From: Yuukianura sp. NJ FZ-2021
Lineage: Eukaryota
NCBI GenBank assembly: GCA_046563655.1
Contig: CM102288.1
Location: 186,001 to 250,000, forward strand
Length of the DNA stretch: 64,000 bases
Direction: 5' to 3'
Shown: positions 35,818-49,273 of the stretch, piece after piece
Numbering within the stretch: position 1 is the stretch's first letter
Layout: each line of letters begins with the position of its first letter
Position numbers and translations under genes: made by a program
Notes under the pieces: generated by a model
Told to the model about the DNA's origin: nothing
The model's input: the letters and a program-made list of their open reading frames with translations, nothing else
Database searches by the model: none

Positions 35818-38800
35818 ATGTCTATTTTGGAAGACTATTTGGACGTCCCAACTGGAACGACTGGAGATATGAATTCCAGTGGTGAAGATGGAGGGAGTAA
35901 CTATGATCCTCCTGAAGATGAGTATCGCGTGTCTCTTCCAGCCGGCATCTTCTTAGTTCTCTCCTATGGAATCATCTTCCTAATGGGCATTATCGGGAAT
36001 TCATTCGTTGTGGCTGTAGTCGTGAGATCACCCCGAATGCGAACCACCACCAATTTCTTCATTGTCAATTTGGCTCTGGCGGATCTGCTCGTCGTTGTGC
36101 TCTGTCTCCCCACCACACTCATCTCCAACATCTACTCATGTAAGGAAATGTCTAACAGCACTTGTCATTAGTCACATTTTTACATTTTATATTAAACTTT
36201 AAACTTATATTAATCCTTAATGGAAATGCGGCACAAGCTGGTGAAAGTTGGGGATGAGAACAAAGTTTTGTGGGTAGAGAAAGTTGAGTGTTTTACAATT
36301 CTTTTTCAAGAGAAAGGAGAGACGCCGCTCGACTTTAATTTTCACCAAAGACAAAATTGGTCCCGTCACTCCGCATATTTTCAAAAGTGTAAAGCGTAGT
36401 TCACACTCCTCATTTTTTCACGCCCGATTCGCGTTCCGCAAATTCGCGAAGGAAGACGCAACTGAATTCCTGCGTAAACGTACACCTCAGTTTGACTCAT
36501 GAAGTGAAAAAAAAATCACAAAATAAATATTAATGTACAACTTTTTTTATTGCGAAACAAATATTAAAACAAGAGAAAATATTTAAAAATTACTAAACAG
36601 AACGCACAAATGCATACACGTTTCGTTTTTTCAAGAATGCATAAGAGGTGCAAACGAAAGTTGAAGTTTGAAAATTCAAATTTTCGAAGTTTTTGTGAAT
36701 GGATGAGGTGAAAGTGTAAATACTTGAAATAGAAGAGCAGAGGAACGCCTACACGTTATTTGGAGGGTGTAAAGGGGGCTTAAGGTTACAAATTGAGATG
36801 GTTGGAGATGAGATGAGATCTGAGTGGAGATAGTGTCAGTTGGAAGTGGGTGGTCGTCACTTGTAGACGCGGCGGTGTTTTTTCCCACCGTGGTGGGTCA
36901 GCGTTAAGTGTCCCACCACTAGAAATGGAACCGTACTTCCGCTACTCTCTGCCTGTGTCCCTAATCTGGATCCTCATGTACGCCTTTGTGTTTATCTCTG
37001 GGATCATTGGGAATTCAGTTGTGACTCTTGTCATTCTGAGAACTAAAAAGTCAGTGACGGATTACTTCCTCCTTAACTTGGTGCTCGCTGACCTACTCGT
37101 CCTCATCTGCTGTCTCCCATTCACACTTCTAGCAAATCTCATCAACCGTAAGACCATGGCCTAACACAACCTAAGCACACACTTACTGGCAAAAACAGTT
37201 TAAAAAATAACTAAAAACTCAATTTTAGCGAATTCGCGAATTTAATTAATTTCGAATTACCTAAGAGAATTAGAAAGAAAGTGAAATCCTGGCTTAATTT
37301 TAAATGGGAAAGGATTACTACATCTGCAGACTAAACTTTTAAACAGAAAAGAGCAATAGCTTAGAACTTTAGGGAAAACTTATACTAAAAAATGAATGCC
37401 GAAGTTGCAAATTGAAGCGTTGTGATTTTTGATGGAAGAATTTGTGTGGGGATGCGTTAGGATTTAGCGCTTGTAGGTTCCGATATGATGCTTACAGTGT
37501 GGACAGTAGCTGTTTCAATTAAAAAAGAAAGTTGAGTCCGTTTTTGAAACTTTGATGAATGAATATGAGTAAAACTTACTGCGATGCATCTTTGGCACAA
37601 TCGGTCAAGTATGGAATACAAGCACAAGGCCAGCACAAACTGAAATAATCAGATGTAGATTAATAAGGGGTAAAAATAGTTCACAAAATGACTAATGGGC
37701 AAATGATCTGAAACTTACAAGCAGCAAATCCTGTTGGAAACAAGATAAAAAATCAAAATTAGTCATCAACTTTTCGGAAAATTAGTTTTTAATTGAAAAC
37801 TACTATTTTCACACGGAATTTGAAAGCGAATTTTGGTGAATGACTTACACGAGGCAGCAGATATGTGTCATCATTCCTGTTTCATAAGTGACCCGGGTAG
37901 TGATGTCAGCACGACAATGTGGACATGTCGTTCTGACGGGTTCTGATCCCAGTCCGACGACCGGAGTGACAATTATGGTCGTCGTCCCATGTCGCCCTGT
38001 CGTGGATGTCGGCTGAATTTGGATTGTCTGTGGAGCAAAAGTGGCGTGGTGGTTGTTTCCATAGATGGTTGTGATCGTTGGGTGGGGCGGTGGTGGGCCA
38101 CATGGTTGTGTTGGTGGGCAATAGGTTGGTGGGTCTGTGGGGTATGGTGGGGGTGGAGATGCGTAGGATCCAAATCCGGCTGGTGGTGGAGCTGCCCCAC
38201 CTTGTCCAGGGGCATGATCTTGCTGTTGCGTTTCTTGTGCCTTGAAATTTGGGTTTTCCATGTCCAAGGCGTCACTAGACAAACAGATTTGCAAAAAAGT
38301 GTTGTTTTTTTTAAATTCTGCAATTCATTGTGAATTTTTATTTTGATTAACGCCTTCCGTCAGTCTTACACACGTTAAAACCAAAACGCCTGAATTCCAT
38401 GATGAAATTTCTGTTGAACTCACCTTAACGTTTCAATTAACTTGAGAACTTGAAAAATCCCACTCTTTTAAGTAAAGTTTTCCGAAGGTGCAAACTTTTC
38501 TAAAGTGTCGCAGAACTCTTTTTGTTAGGATGCGTTAAATGCTCAGCCTGTTGGATATCTCTTGTACTTCTGCAACTGTTCGGATATTGAAAAATGAGGA
38601 AACTAATTTGTCACTTCCAGCGATTGACGTCAGATCTAAAAAGTAAATACAGATACGTTTATGATTACAAATGTCACAAAATTGAGCTTACCACACCTTT
38701 GTAGCAGCATAAAGTCAATGCACAATACATTTAGAACTCTCCATTTAATAACCTTTCCCCACTTTTATCTCTAGCTTTTATAAAGTAGATTCTAAAAGGA

Positions 38801-41800
38801 AAACCATGAAGTATGGATTCAGCGTTACGCTGAATCCATACTTCGTGGTTTTCCTGTTCCATTCCCGTTGCATTATTCCATTCAATTGTGCATCCACGGC
38901 ACCATCCATACTTTTCATCGAGAATAATTCTCGTAGAAATCGAAAACGGCATGATACTATTGTGGAAATGTCGCAGGAATGCAATCGTAGTATGGATGAC
39001 AACATGCATTAGTAATGGAATGGAACGGGAATGGAATGAGAACGGAAATGTAAAATGAAAAAGTATGGATTCAGCATAAGGTTATCTTCACATTGCAACT
39101 TCAAACGGTAGATTCTAATTATTTTCAATCAAATTTTAGTCACATTTAAAGCAGCTGCTTTGAACAGTATGATAAATAATTCAAACAAATTATTGCAATC
39201 TGAAAAGGGAATCATTTTACTGTTGTAAATACGACGGCATATTACTTTCGGTAAAACTTATAGCAAAATATTTTGAATTTTAATATGAAAGTGCTAATTT
39301 AAGTAAAATATGACCCCCAGCAAAGGCGTTGTGGTCTGCGATCGAAGAATTAGCGCTGGTGGGTTCCGATATATTTTTTGCAGTTTGGACAGGAGCTGTT
39401 TGAATTAAAAAAAAGCTTTGTCAATGTTTTGTTGAAGTTTGAAATTTGAGTAAACTTACTGTACTGCATCTTTGGCACAATCGGTCAAGTATGGAATACA
39501 AGCACAAGGCCACCACAGACTACAAAGTCATAATCATCGGATTTAAATTAAAGATTTAAAATGAGTAATTGTTAAATGATGTGTGATTTTAATCAAAACT
39601 TACCAGCAGCAAATCCTGGTAGGAAACAGGATAAATAGAATTAAAAATTAGTTATAAATTTCGTAATTTCTGGACAATTGCAAATGTGAATTTCAAAATT
39701 AGTTGTGTTTAATTGCTTACACCATGCAGCAGAGATGTGTCATCATCCCCGATTCATATGTGACGCGGGTAGTAATATCAGCATGGCAGTGCGGACATTC
39801 TGTTCGGATCGGTGCCGATCCAAGTGCGACGGCTGGGGTCACAATGATTGTCCTCGTGCCAGGACGACCTGTGGTGGATGTCGGTTGAAGATGGATTGTC
39901 TCTGAGGTCAAACCAGCGTGGTTTCTATTTCCATACATAGTTGTTAGAGTTGGGTGGAGCGGTGGTGGGCCATATTCTGCTTGCAATGGCGGGTAATAGG
40001 CTGGTGGCTCCGTAGGGTAAGGTGGTGGAGATGTGTATGGAGCAAATCCTGGTGGTGGTGGTGCCGAGCCATCTTGTCCCGATGCATCGCCTTGCTGCTG
40101 CGCCTCTTGTGCCTTCGAATCTGCATTTTCCATCTTGAAGAAAGAAAAAGTTTGTGTAACTAAATTCTGCAATTCATTGTATTTTTATTTACCCTACATA
40201 AATCCTACTCACCCTAAAATTAAAAGGCGGAAATTAATCATAATTGTGTACTCACCTTAATTGCTTGATTACTTTCAAATTTCCACTGCTTTTAATCCGA
40301 GTGTTTGTGTCTCCGGAAGATCAAAAACGTTTGCTAAACTGCTGTAGGGTCCACTTTGTTTCACACCTTGTTGCTTGTCTGTTGTTCTTCAGCAGTACTC
40401 TTTTGTCAATCGAAATGATTGTCACTTTGAGCGATTGGCGTCAGATCTAAAAGATAATCTTGTGCCGCAGAGATATGACACAAATCATCATACGTTGTAA
40501 GAGTGAATGCACAATTCATAATGGAACTCAAATCAGCAACCTACGCAACTTTTCCCCACTTAAATCCCTTTGATGCTACTTTTAACAAGAATAGCTTTTA
40601 ATGTTACACCATACTTCTTATAATTGCAACCTCAAATTAGATTCTCAGAAATGAACTTCGTCAACCTAATGTACATCAACAAATCCACCTCATACAAGTT
40701 CCAAACTTCTCTTTTTGCAATTTTTACTTTAAACTAAAAACAGTTCTCAGAAGTGTGCTCTGAAGGGGTTCAATTGCTTACAAAAGTTTTTAAAACGTGA
40801 TTTTCAGGACAGTATTTGTCGAAATGAAGCGTGAGAGAGACAATGATGCTGAAAAATTGGAAAATTTTCATTTCTTTTGTGTCAATACTCAAATGGAAAT
40901 TGATACCTGCGGGCTTTTAGAAACATGTAAAAAGGCGAGTCGGCAGATTTCATTTTTGTGAATTTAGCAATAATGGTTTTAGTCGCCCTCCTTTTTCAAA
41001 GTTTGCCCCCTGTCTCCATTAAACGTGTCTTGTGAAAACTGTGCTAAGTGGTCCCCAGCGTCTCGTAATTTTGGATCCTACTCAGGCGAATAAACGCATT
41101 TCAAATGTACTCACATAAAACCAACTCTTGAGCCAAACGATTTTGGCGGATTTCAAACATTTAAACACAAAGACTACGCAATGACCTCATTCCTTCTTCT
41201 AATTCTCGGAAATATTGCTGTACCTTCGATGTAAAATAGAAAGTTAATTAAAATTGAGAAAAACGCAATTAGCGAGAAGATTCTGTTTCACTCCGCCTGT
41301 CTGCGTTCATTTCCTTTGAAAAGTAAACATCAAAGTCAATTCAAAAAATAAAAGGGGCCTCCGGTTGTTATTTGATGGTTTGTAGACAATGTGGGAAGTT
41401 TTCACATGAAAAGTGTGTTTTCGGTTTCCAGTTGGTTTAAATTCCCAATTTACGAGAAGAATCTAGAATGTAGATGAGTTCATGTGGGCGTTGCTAGGTA
41501 ACTGGATAGATTCTTCCTCCGTATCTTCATGTGGTTCCTACAGAATAAATCAAATTGAGGACATAAACTCAGAGACAGTGGTGGCGACTGAATTTTATGT
41601 GGTGACACAATTTATGTCCAAATTTGAGTCAACCCGCCCTTTCACACACTAAACCCTCACTTTTTAGCAACTTGGTCACCGGGAGACTTAGAACTTAACG
41701 CGTCTAGGATCTGATTATTAATTGGTCTATATTAGCAAAGTGACAAGGCAACTGGAAATGGGCGGAGACAGACGCAAAGACTTGGACTTTAGTCAAAAGC

Positions 41801-44800
41801 TATTTGAAAACTTAGTTTTCACATTTTGACAAAATATGGAACCCATTGTATCTGTCACCACCTCGCATCTCTATTAAAGTGTCTATTATTAGCTTCATTT
41901 GTCTCATTTCAGAATGAATGAGCAACTGGAGATGTGTCGTCATTTTTGTAGGTTAAATCTGAAACTAAAATTACACTTTGTATTTCCTTTCTTTTATTGT
42001 CCCATTTTTTCATGCTACTTCAAATCCACAGCACGCTTTCTCCCTTTCTCCGTTCATCACAGCTTTTCAGGAGAAAGTTCATTTTTTCCAATTTGTGAAA
42101 ATCTTTTGAAGAGGACGGAGAAACGTGACGTGATGTGGGATTGGAATGAAGTAGTCCATTTGAGTGCGTGTCCTCATAAACTTGTGATGAACTGTGACTT
42201 TCTTCTGGTGACCTCCATAAAAACCATGTCTGAACTACGCATTTATGTTCAGGATTTCCGGCTTAATTTAATATCCAACCTCCCATGCGTGTTCATCAGT
42301 GCTGTCGCCAACTGAATTCCAATGCCGTTTTCCCCAATACCGATCAGAGCTTTTTTCCATTTCGATTGAACAATTTCATTCACTTTCCAAAACTATCCAA
42401 GACTTTCTCCCAAATTAAACTAAACTTTTACCGAAATACACAAAAGAAAAAGTTGTAACTTTGAATTTATTTGGAGATGGGTGAAAGTGCGGCTATAAAA
42501 GAAAGTAGTAATTATTTTGAAATTCAGTTGGAGTCCACTTGGGATAAGAACGAGTCATTAGTAGCACAGAGGAGAAAGTTACAAATGTAAAAAGTTCAAC
42601 TTTGTAGCAGTCAGCTTGGTTACTTTCTCTACTCAATTTCCCTATCAAAATGACCATCAGAAAGAACTAGTCTGGGAAGGATTAAGTCTCAAAATAGTTT
42701 CGGATTTAGAAGATTCAATCCTAAATTCACTTTTCTACTAAAGGGAAAGTAGGTTAAAAATATTCAGGAAGTTAGACAATTTTTTCCTTTTCTAAACTTT
42801 TTACTTTAGTATTTTTAGTGACAAGTTGTGAAATCTGTCAGACAAAAACGATTTTGGTTTTGTGAGGAAGCAAAGCTAAAAAGAATTTTTCGGAGACTCA
42901 TAAATTGAGTTTCAGATTACAAAAACATACGAGATAAAAGATATTTGGATCAGAGGAAGTAAACAACATAAACATAAAGTTTTTTTTTAGTTTAGCAAAA
43001 TACGCACTACTGTCAAAAAAGTTTAAGAAATTTTGAATTCCCGGAAATCTTATTTTGAAAAGGCAAAACTTGAATATCCACAGGAAGAGAAAACGACGAT
43101 TTTGTCAGAGAAAATTTTACTTTCATCGGAGTTTCTTATGACATTTTACAAATATGTATTCGTTGACCGTGAACTAAATTCTTATGTAAGACAAGGATAA
43201 TCTTGATGATTCAACAAGAAAGAAAATTGAGTCAAAACTGTTAGTTTTTTGGACGAAAATTTAAACCAGAAGTAAAAGTTTTCTTGGCTACGCAGTTAGT
43301 AGCTATCAAACGCAAGTCGCAAGTAAAAGGTTCTTCGGTCCAAATTTTATTGAGAACCGAATTATATCACCCGCCTGTCTCCAAAACTCCCGCATTTTTC
43401 TGCCTTCCTTCTCCGAAGGTTGGCTTTCTCCAACTAACGTAAGTGCGTAGAGATGACACGCACATAAAAACGAACCAGTATTATTTATGGTCCTATCCAT
43501 TTACAACCTCCTTTAACGCTGCGTCAACAAAAAGTAAAAGAAAACGAATGAGACTTTACACAAAAAAGGTTTCTTTTTACAAAACAAGAAAAAGAAAAAA
43601 GATTCTCTGGTTAAAACGTTTTTCTTACCATGAAATACCGGAAATCTAAATCTAAAATTTTTGCTTTATGAAATTCTGTGGTTTATAAATTTTTTCTTTT
43701 TGTTTTTAATTTCAGCGTGGATCCTTGGAGAATGGATTTGTAAAATTGTTCCATACCTTCAGGGTGTGAGTGTGTCAGCATCCATTGATACGTTAATTGC
43801 CATTGCCATGGAACGCTACTTGGCAATCTGTCATCCCATGAAATGCCAGATCTCGTCCAGTGGATGTCGCCTCATCATCTGCATCATTTGGACTTTCTCC
43901 ATCTCCATCACACTCCCTTGGGCCATCTTCTTCAAACTATCTCCCGTCAACAGTGGATCTGATCTACTCGTAAGATTTCCTTTTTCATTTCAACTAATAT
44001 CTGACAGGGTTAGTCAGTTCAGTGCCCAATTCCCCACCACGGGAAGTACCCAGTTTTGAAACTTAAAAGTTTTAAGTTAAAACAGATATAATTTTTTAAA
44101 GCAAGCATATTTTCAAAAAGTTTTTAATCAACTATGAAAAGTAGATGAATTTAAATCGGATTATTTACTTTCGGCAGTACTAATCCTCTTACAAGATGCC
44201 CTCCAAAGAAGTGGGTATTACCCTCTGGGCATTTAAAAATTAATATTTATTTTAACAACTGAAAAAAATTATGGACAAAGAAACCTGAGTGTATTTTTAT
44301 TTTCTCGTTGTCTACACTGGTGATTTGCAACTTTCATTGATCCGTCTGGGATTTCCCCACTTGAATTATGTGGTAGTGAGTAGGCGAACCCTGAATGGAC
44401 TTAGACTTTAATTAAACTAGTTCCTGCTACAAGTTGCTGGAATTGGTTGTAGAATTCATGTTGGTTGCCATAGGTCACTTCCAAATGATCCTTCGTCTGG
44501 ACATACAGATCATGCATTGTTTCCGGTGGAACACATCTACCCTGTTTCTTGCAAATCTCCACTAGCTTAGTAGTAGTCCAATGTAATTGATTTGTAATCC
44601 TCTCATCATACTCCCAGTAAATCATCCGAAAGCTACTCATCAACTCACGATGGACTTGAATCACTTGGGTCCAGGAACTTGTTTCAACAAATTCCGAACT
44701 TTTTTCCAGTAATTCCTTCAGCCGATCCGGATTTACGGTATCGCCATGCTCAGCTTCCAATTCGCATCGTTCGCATCGGCACACGAAATTGTAGCGTTCA

Positions 44801-46971
44801 AGGAGAAAGTGCTGCCGATCCTTTCTTGCACGATGAGCCAAAGTGTAGGAAATCAAGGGGCGTTGGCCGGCAGGAATCGCGCCGATGGCGCGGATTTGAA
44901 TTTCGGATCCGCTTCTACCCGTGAGGAAAAATGCAGTGGGTTTGCAGGAATGATCAAAAATTGAAGTTTGAATATAAAGGCCAGCTCCGATTCGCTCTGT
45001 TTTGTCTGGAGTGTAAATGCAAAATGCATTTGTTTTAAAAATTCCGCTGATTTTTAAAAAATATTGAAGAAGAGGCTCTGCATCGGTGGAATTGAGGCCA
45101 AGCGTTTCCTCTACAAGCAAATTTGAAACGATTTCTGAGCAGTAGTTTCGAAATTCAGGGACCTAAAAACCAACAAAATTTTAGGAAAAAAAACTTCGTT
45201 TTTTGAAATTTTAGTTTTTGAAAACTAACCTGTCCCAAATGATGTTGGTGTGACATGAGGTCATTGAAGCATCTAGTTGAGCCGTCATACAAATCAAATT
45301 CTTTTTGAGCCAACTGAGGTTGCAATTTGAGGATGGCAAAAAGTCGCAAAAGTCGAAATTTGAAATCGATGTTTTTGGGGGTAAAAAGAGACGTTTGGTG
45401 GTTGAGGTCAAGTTGTCGAAATGAGGTCAATCCACATTCTACTTTATGAGCCAACTTCCAATCAGACACTTGACATGACTTGGAGCAGTAAAACACTTGG
45501 TGACAACATGTACAACGACGAAGCGTAGTTGAAGTTTTGAAACAAAAGTCACAACGACTTCCTAAAAAACAGAAAAATAGGAGAAATTTTTAAGAATCGG
45601 TAAAAGAAAGTTTTGAGATGGAGTTTTTTAAGACTTTGTTTAAAACCTTTTTGTTCATTGTACAGAATTTTCATAAATGGTTTACAGTAATCTTGAATTA
45701 TATCGCCAGGTTTGAATTTCAGAATCGAACAATTTTGTGAGGTGGGGGGAGTAGACATTTTTAAATTTGAAACTTCACTTTTTGAAAAGATTTTTTTTTC
45801 AAAATAGTACTTGACGAACTACCGTGACTCTTAAACTATGTTATCCCACCACAACATTTTAAACACAGTTTTCGCATTTTATAAATATCCTCCAACTCTT
45901 GCACAAAGTTGTGGTTTCAAGTAAGAGTCGAAAGACGAAGAAGTAGAGATGTTCTCAACATTTCTAAAAATAGCGACTTTTAGCAAAAAAAAACCTCCTT
46001 GTAACTTTTTTTTTGAAACCATAAAACTCACTCCGCAATCTCACTTTTCATTCTCTAGTATGTAGGCTATTTTCTAGAAATTCATGAAACATTTTTTTTT
46101 TCAAAAATGTAAATTTTGCTTTTTTTTTTCAAATTTGTAGGTGTGTACTGAGCAGTGGCCGGATGCTGGAGCTGGAAACATTTACTTCATCGTGGCTCAT
46201 CTGTGTCTGTGCTACCTTCTTCCGTTGATTCTCATTACAATTTGCTACGTACTCATTCTGAGACGCGTGTCAAACAGACACATTCCCCAAGAAACTAAAA
46301 ATCTAACCACGGAACTCATTGTTCAAAGGTAAGTTTTTAAAAGAAGTAAAAAAATATTGAGTAATTTGAAAAAAGTTTTTAAAATTTGCAGATCCAAGAT
46401 CAAGGTGATCAAGATGCTTCTGGCCGTTGTGATTTTGTTTGCCCTGTCCTGGCTTCCCCTGTATACGATTTTCACACGCGTGAAGTGTGGTCCTCAGCCA
46501 ATCAGCGAATGGGAAGATCAACTAATTCGCACCATCACGCCAATTGCTCAGTGGTTGGGCAGCTCCAATTCATCCATCAACCCACTCCTCTATGCCTTCT
46601 TCAACAAAAAATACAGATCTGGATTCAAAGTAAATTAATTATTATATTAATTAATTTAATTATATACTTATACTAATTATGTCATGTTTTGGAATAGGCC
46701 CTCCTCACTAGTCGTTCCTGCTGCTCCACTCTCAGAATCGATCTGAGCAAAAGTGACTCCACGTCCCGCAGTTCTAATCGTGTCAACCACTCTACTCGGG
46801 TTTGAATTAATGAATTTAACTATATTTAAATTAATCATTAAATCAATTATAAAAAATGATTAAATGATGCTAACATTTGCCTTTTTTCCAGTGCAGAAGT
46901 TGAATAGAAGCAGATCAAGTCACCCTAACATTTCAATGCGTCCGCTCGAACAGAATTCAGTCAAAAAATGA
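35818..46971 (+). CDS. SIFaR: SIFamide-receptor-like rhodopsin GPCR, isoform A (first coding exon 35818-36139)
   Basis: [117 protein letters not shown]. Shared exons 43716-43969, 46141-46328, about 46392-46629, 46698-46799 and about 46897-46971; the last exon is less certain. Confidence 0.85.
36925..37147 (+). CDS. Alternative (duplicated) first coding exon B of the GPCR, encoding N-terminus, TM1 and TM2
   Basis: [33 protein letters not shown]...[29 protein letters not shown]. Ends in a phase-1 GTAAG donor at the same aligned position as exon A and is in frame with exon 43716. Confidence 0.75.
37464..38261 (-). CDS. LITAF-domain protein, copy 1 (nested antisense in a GPCR intron)
   Basis: PPPY-rich N-terminus, CPHC...TRV...G, hydrophobic Cys-rich stretch, then [15 protein letters not shown]. 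4 coding exons including a 12-nt microexon at 37719-37730. Confidence 0.9.
38797..39079. mobile_element. MITE-like TIR element with an adjacent inverted terminus, upstream of LITAF copy 1
   Basis: TIR CGCTGAATCCATACTT (38828 onward) vs AAGTATGGATTCAGCA (39061-39076), with subterminal TTCCATTCCCGTT/AACGGGAATGGAA. 28-bp-arm palindrome 38797-38855 around TTA. Confidence 0.65.
39350..40133 (-). CDS. LITAF-domain protein, copy 2 (tandem duplicate, nested antisense)
   Basis: Same exon structure as copy 1, including a 12-nt microexon at 39604-39615. [12 protein letters not shown] ... [15 protein letters not shown]. Confidence 0.9.
44401..45758 (-). CDS. SMYD-family SET and MYND domain lysine methyltransferase (nested antisense in a GPCR intron); 3 exons
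   Basis: FKPGDII; MYND finger CDFC...[47 protein letters not shown] and LISY; post-[13 protein letters not shown]. Confidence 0.85.
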
Positions 46972-47122
46972 AAACGAAACCACGCGAGTGCAATGAGAAT
47001 GAACTTTTTTATTTCAAAAAGATGAAGAATACATCGCAATTTCGCAATTGTAATTCAACTAAAAACTAAATGTTGAAAGTATTAAAATTAATAATATTAA
47101 TAACATTACGGAGTTAAACTAC

Positions 47123-47267
47123 AGAAGACATTGTAAAATACAAACTAAAAACCTCATCCTTTTCTCCACTCCCTCCAATGAGGCCTCCTTTAAGTTTTGT
47201 GTGAGGACCTATGAGATGGAGTGGAGAAAAGAATGAGGTTTTTAGTTTGTATTTTACAATGTCTTCT
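47123..47267. repeat. Long inverted repeat (about 50-bp arms, one mismatch) between convergent genes
   Basis: AGAAGACATTGTAAAATACAAACTAAAAACCTCATCCTTTTCTCCACTCC vs GGAGTGGAGAAAAGAATGAGGTTTTTAGTTTGTATTTTACAATGTCTTCT. Confidence 0.85.
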
Positions 47268-47480
47268 TATACCTAAGCTACCTAAGATTTATGAGGACTC
47301 TGTGTTCGTGACGTTGTTGCACTGGTTAGTTAGAAGAGGTACATACATTTATTTGTGCAAAATAAAATCAACATTTTTCCATTATCACATTCTTTTTTTC
47401 AAAATGTACAAAATTGTTTTCGTTTCTGTTGTAATTGCAAGTGAGTTTTGATTTTTTGTGTAATTAGTGACTGGTAAAAT

Positions 47481-48480
47481 TTAGCGACGATTGTTTCCAG
47501 CGTAGACGTTGCCCCAAGATTGTGCTTGACCTTGTTGTTGCTGTGAGGTCATTGTTTGACCTTGACCTTGACCTTGAGGGGATCCCGTGTAGACACTGAA
47601 TTTGGGTTGCCCTGGTTGAACTGCAGTGGGCTCCTTGAGTCCACTGTAGTTAGCCACTGGCTCAAACGACACAATTCGCAGTGGAGTGGAACCATCTTCA
47701 GGTTGAGCTGCTCCACCTACAAGAATAAAAAAAATGAAATTTTGATTTTTGACCTTTGAACTTTCCAATTTTTTAAATTTTTACCCATTCCAATTCGAAT
47801 TTGGCGGTTGGCATTTGGATCGCCATTTCCCGGAGCCATGCTCACTTGCAACCCTTGAAGCCCCGTCTTTCCTCCAAGAAGGTCTTCCCAGTTCATACGA
47901 ACGTACTGGACATTCGGATTGGCTGAAAAATAATCCAAAAAATTCACAATTAAAAAAAAATTAAAATTTTGAAGAAAATGTTCGAGAACAAAAAGTTACA
48001 TTCAACTTCTGGTGGAATTCCGTTTGTCGTGGCGTACGTCTTCATGCCAGCCGGCATCACCATTTGTCCACCGCTCCCGCCAGATTGAGCCACCGCCTGG
48101 GCATGCTGTTGTTGTTGTTGTTGCTGTTGTTGTTGTTGCTGTTGTTGTTGTTGTTGCTGTTGTTGGTGCCCATATCCGGGGGGTGTCGATCGTGCACGGG
48201 CCATCGATCCACCATTTGGTGGCGCAGCGTAGTAGCGTTGCTGTTGCTGCATCTGCTGCGGAGACTGTTGCGTCCAGTTGTGTCGCTGCTGCTGCTGCTG
48301 CATTCCGTAAGGCATGCTGCCATAGACAGAATTGGACGAGCCGATCCGGTTCATGGACCCTTGACGACGAATCGCTGCCGATCCGGGAGGGTAGTTGTAC
48401 GCAGTCTGACTCGGCACAGGAGTAGCCGTGTACCGTCCTGCTGGACAGCCTTGACGTGACGAATAAGAGTTGTTGTACAT
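47481..48480 (-). CDS. Gln/Gly-rich low-complexity orphan protein with a polyQ tract; 3 exons
   Basis: ATG at 48480 (MYNNSYSSRQG...), about 20 Gln (CAA/CAG, 48106-48165), then exons carrying NVQYVRMNWEDLLG and ...WGNVYAGNNRR*. GT-AG introns. Confidence 0.65.
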
Positions 48481-49273
48481 TTTTACTTTACTTGGTTTCA
48501 ACTTTCAAAATTACGAAAATTCAAACGGAAAGATTAAGTTTTCAAAATTGAAAAATTGTCTGACAAAAATACGTCCTGCTTCTAGCTTGCCTAAACTTAT
48601 ACTGAAGATGGAAAACAGACCTAGAACATTGGCATATCCAACTGAAATTTTTCAACAAGCTATTAGGTTTGCTAACAAACAGAATGTTAACAGGCGTCAT
48701 GGTAACAGAAGTTTTGAAAATTTTTGAGACAACTTATACAGTTTTTGGATTGTCTTTTCTTTAATTTTTTTTCCAAAAAGTGACAGTGTTACAAAAGTGG
48801 CTAAAAGAGAGAATTGCTAAATTTGAAATTGTATAATGTTTCAACCACGATTTGGCTAGCATTCTTTGGGTTTTGTGTTTCAGAATTTCAACAAGGTACA
48901 TTTTAGATGTCTAACAAGGGACTTTTCAAAAAAGTTTTTTTCTTTTTGAAAAAAAAATTGAGCTCTTCTCATTTGCTTCCTCATTTTTTCTACTTGTCGT
49001 CAATCTCATCCGACCTTTTTCTACCGAATTCTTCCGATTGCTTCCGAACTCTTCCGATTTCGCAATTCGTTCTGTTGTACTTTTAACTTGGTGGAGGGAA
49101 GTGAACACTTTTTGAATTTGGCACAGAATGGATTGGAAGTGCTAAGGACTAATGAACAAGTTGACCTCGTGTGCATTAGAGGTCATTGACCTCGGGGTCA
49201 TTCGAGGTCATTGACCTCATACGGTTGTTTCCCTGTCGATCCTTATGTACTCGACTGCTGAATGGGCGTTGTA

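Noticed and set aside
38731..39012. Overlapping ORFs on both strands sharing [12 protein letters not shown]
   Set aside because: Artefact of the palindromic MITE terminus.
44005..44261. Possible hAT-like MITE (CAGGGTTA...TAACAACTG) in a GPCR intron
   Set aside because: Termini match poorly and no TSD was found.
44935..44965. SMYD NHSC changed to DHSC as a sign of catalytic death
   Set aside because: To my knowledge DHSC occurs in other arthropod SMYD3-like proteins, and the other SET/post-SET residues are intact.
48012..48459. Poly-Leu, poly-Val and poly-Asn ORFs
   Set aside because: Alternative frames or antisense of the CAA/CAG polyQ tract.
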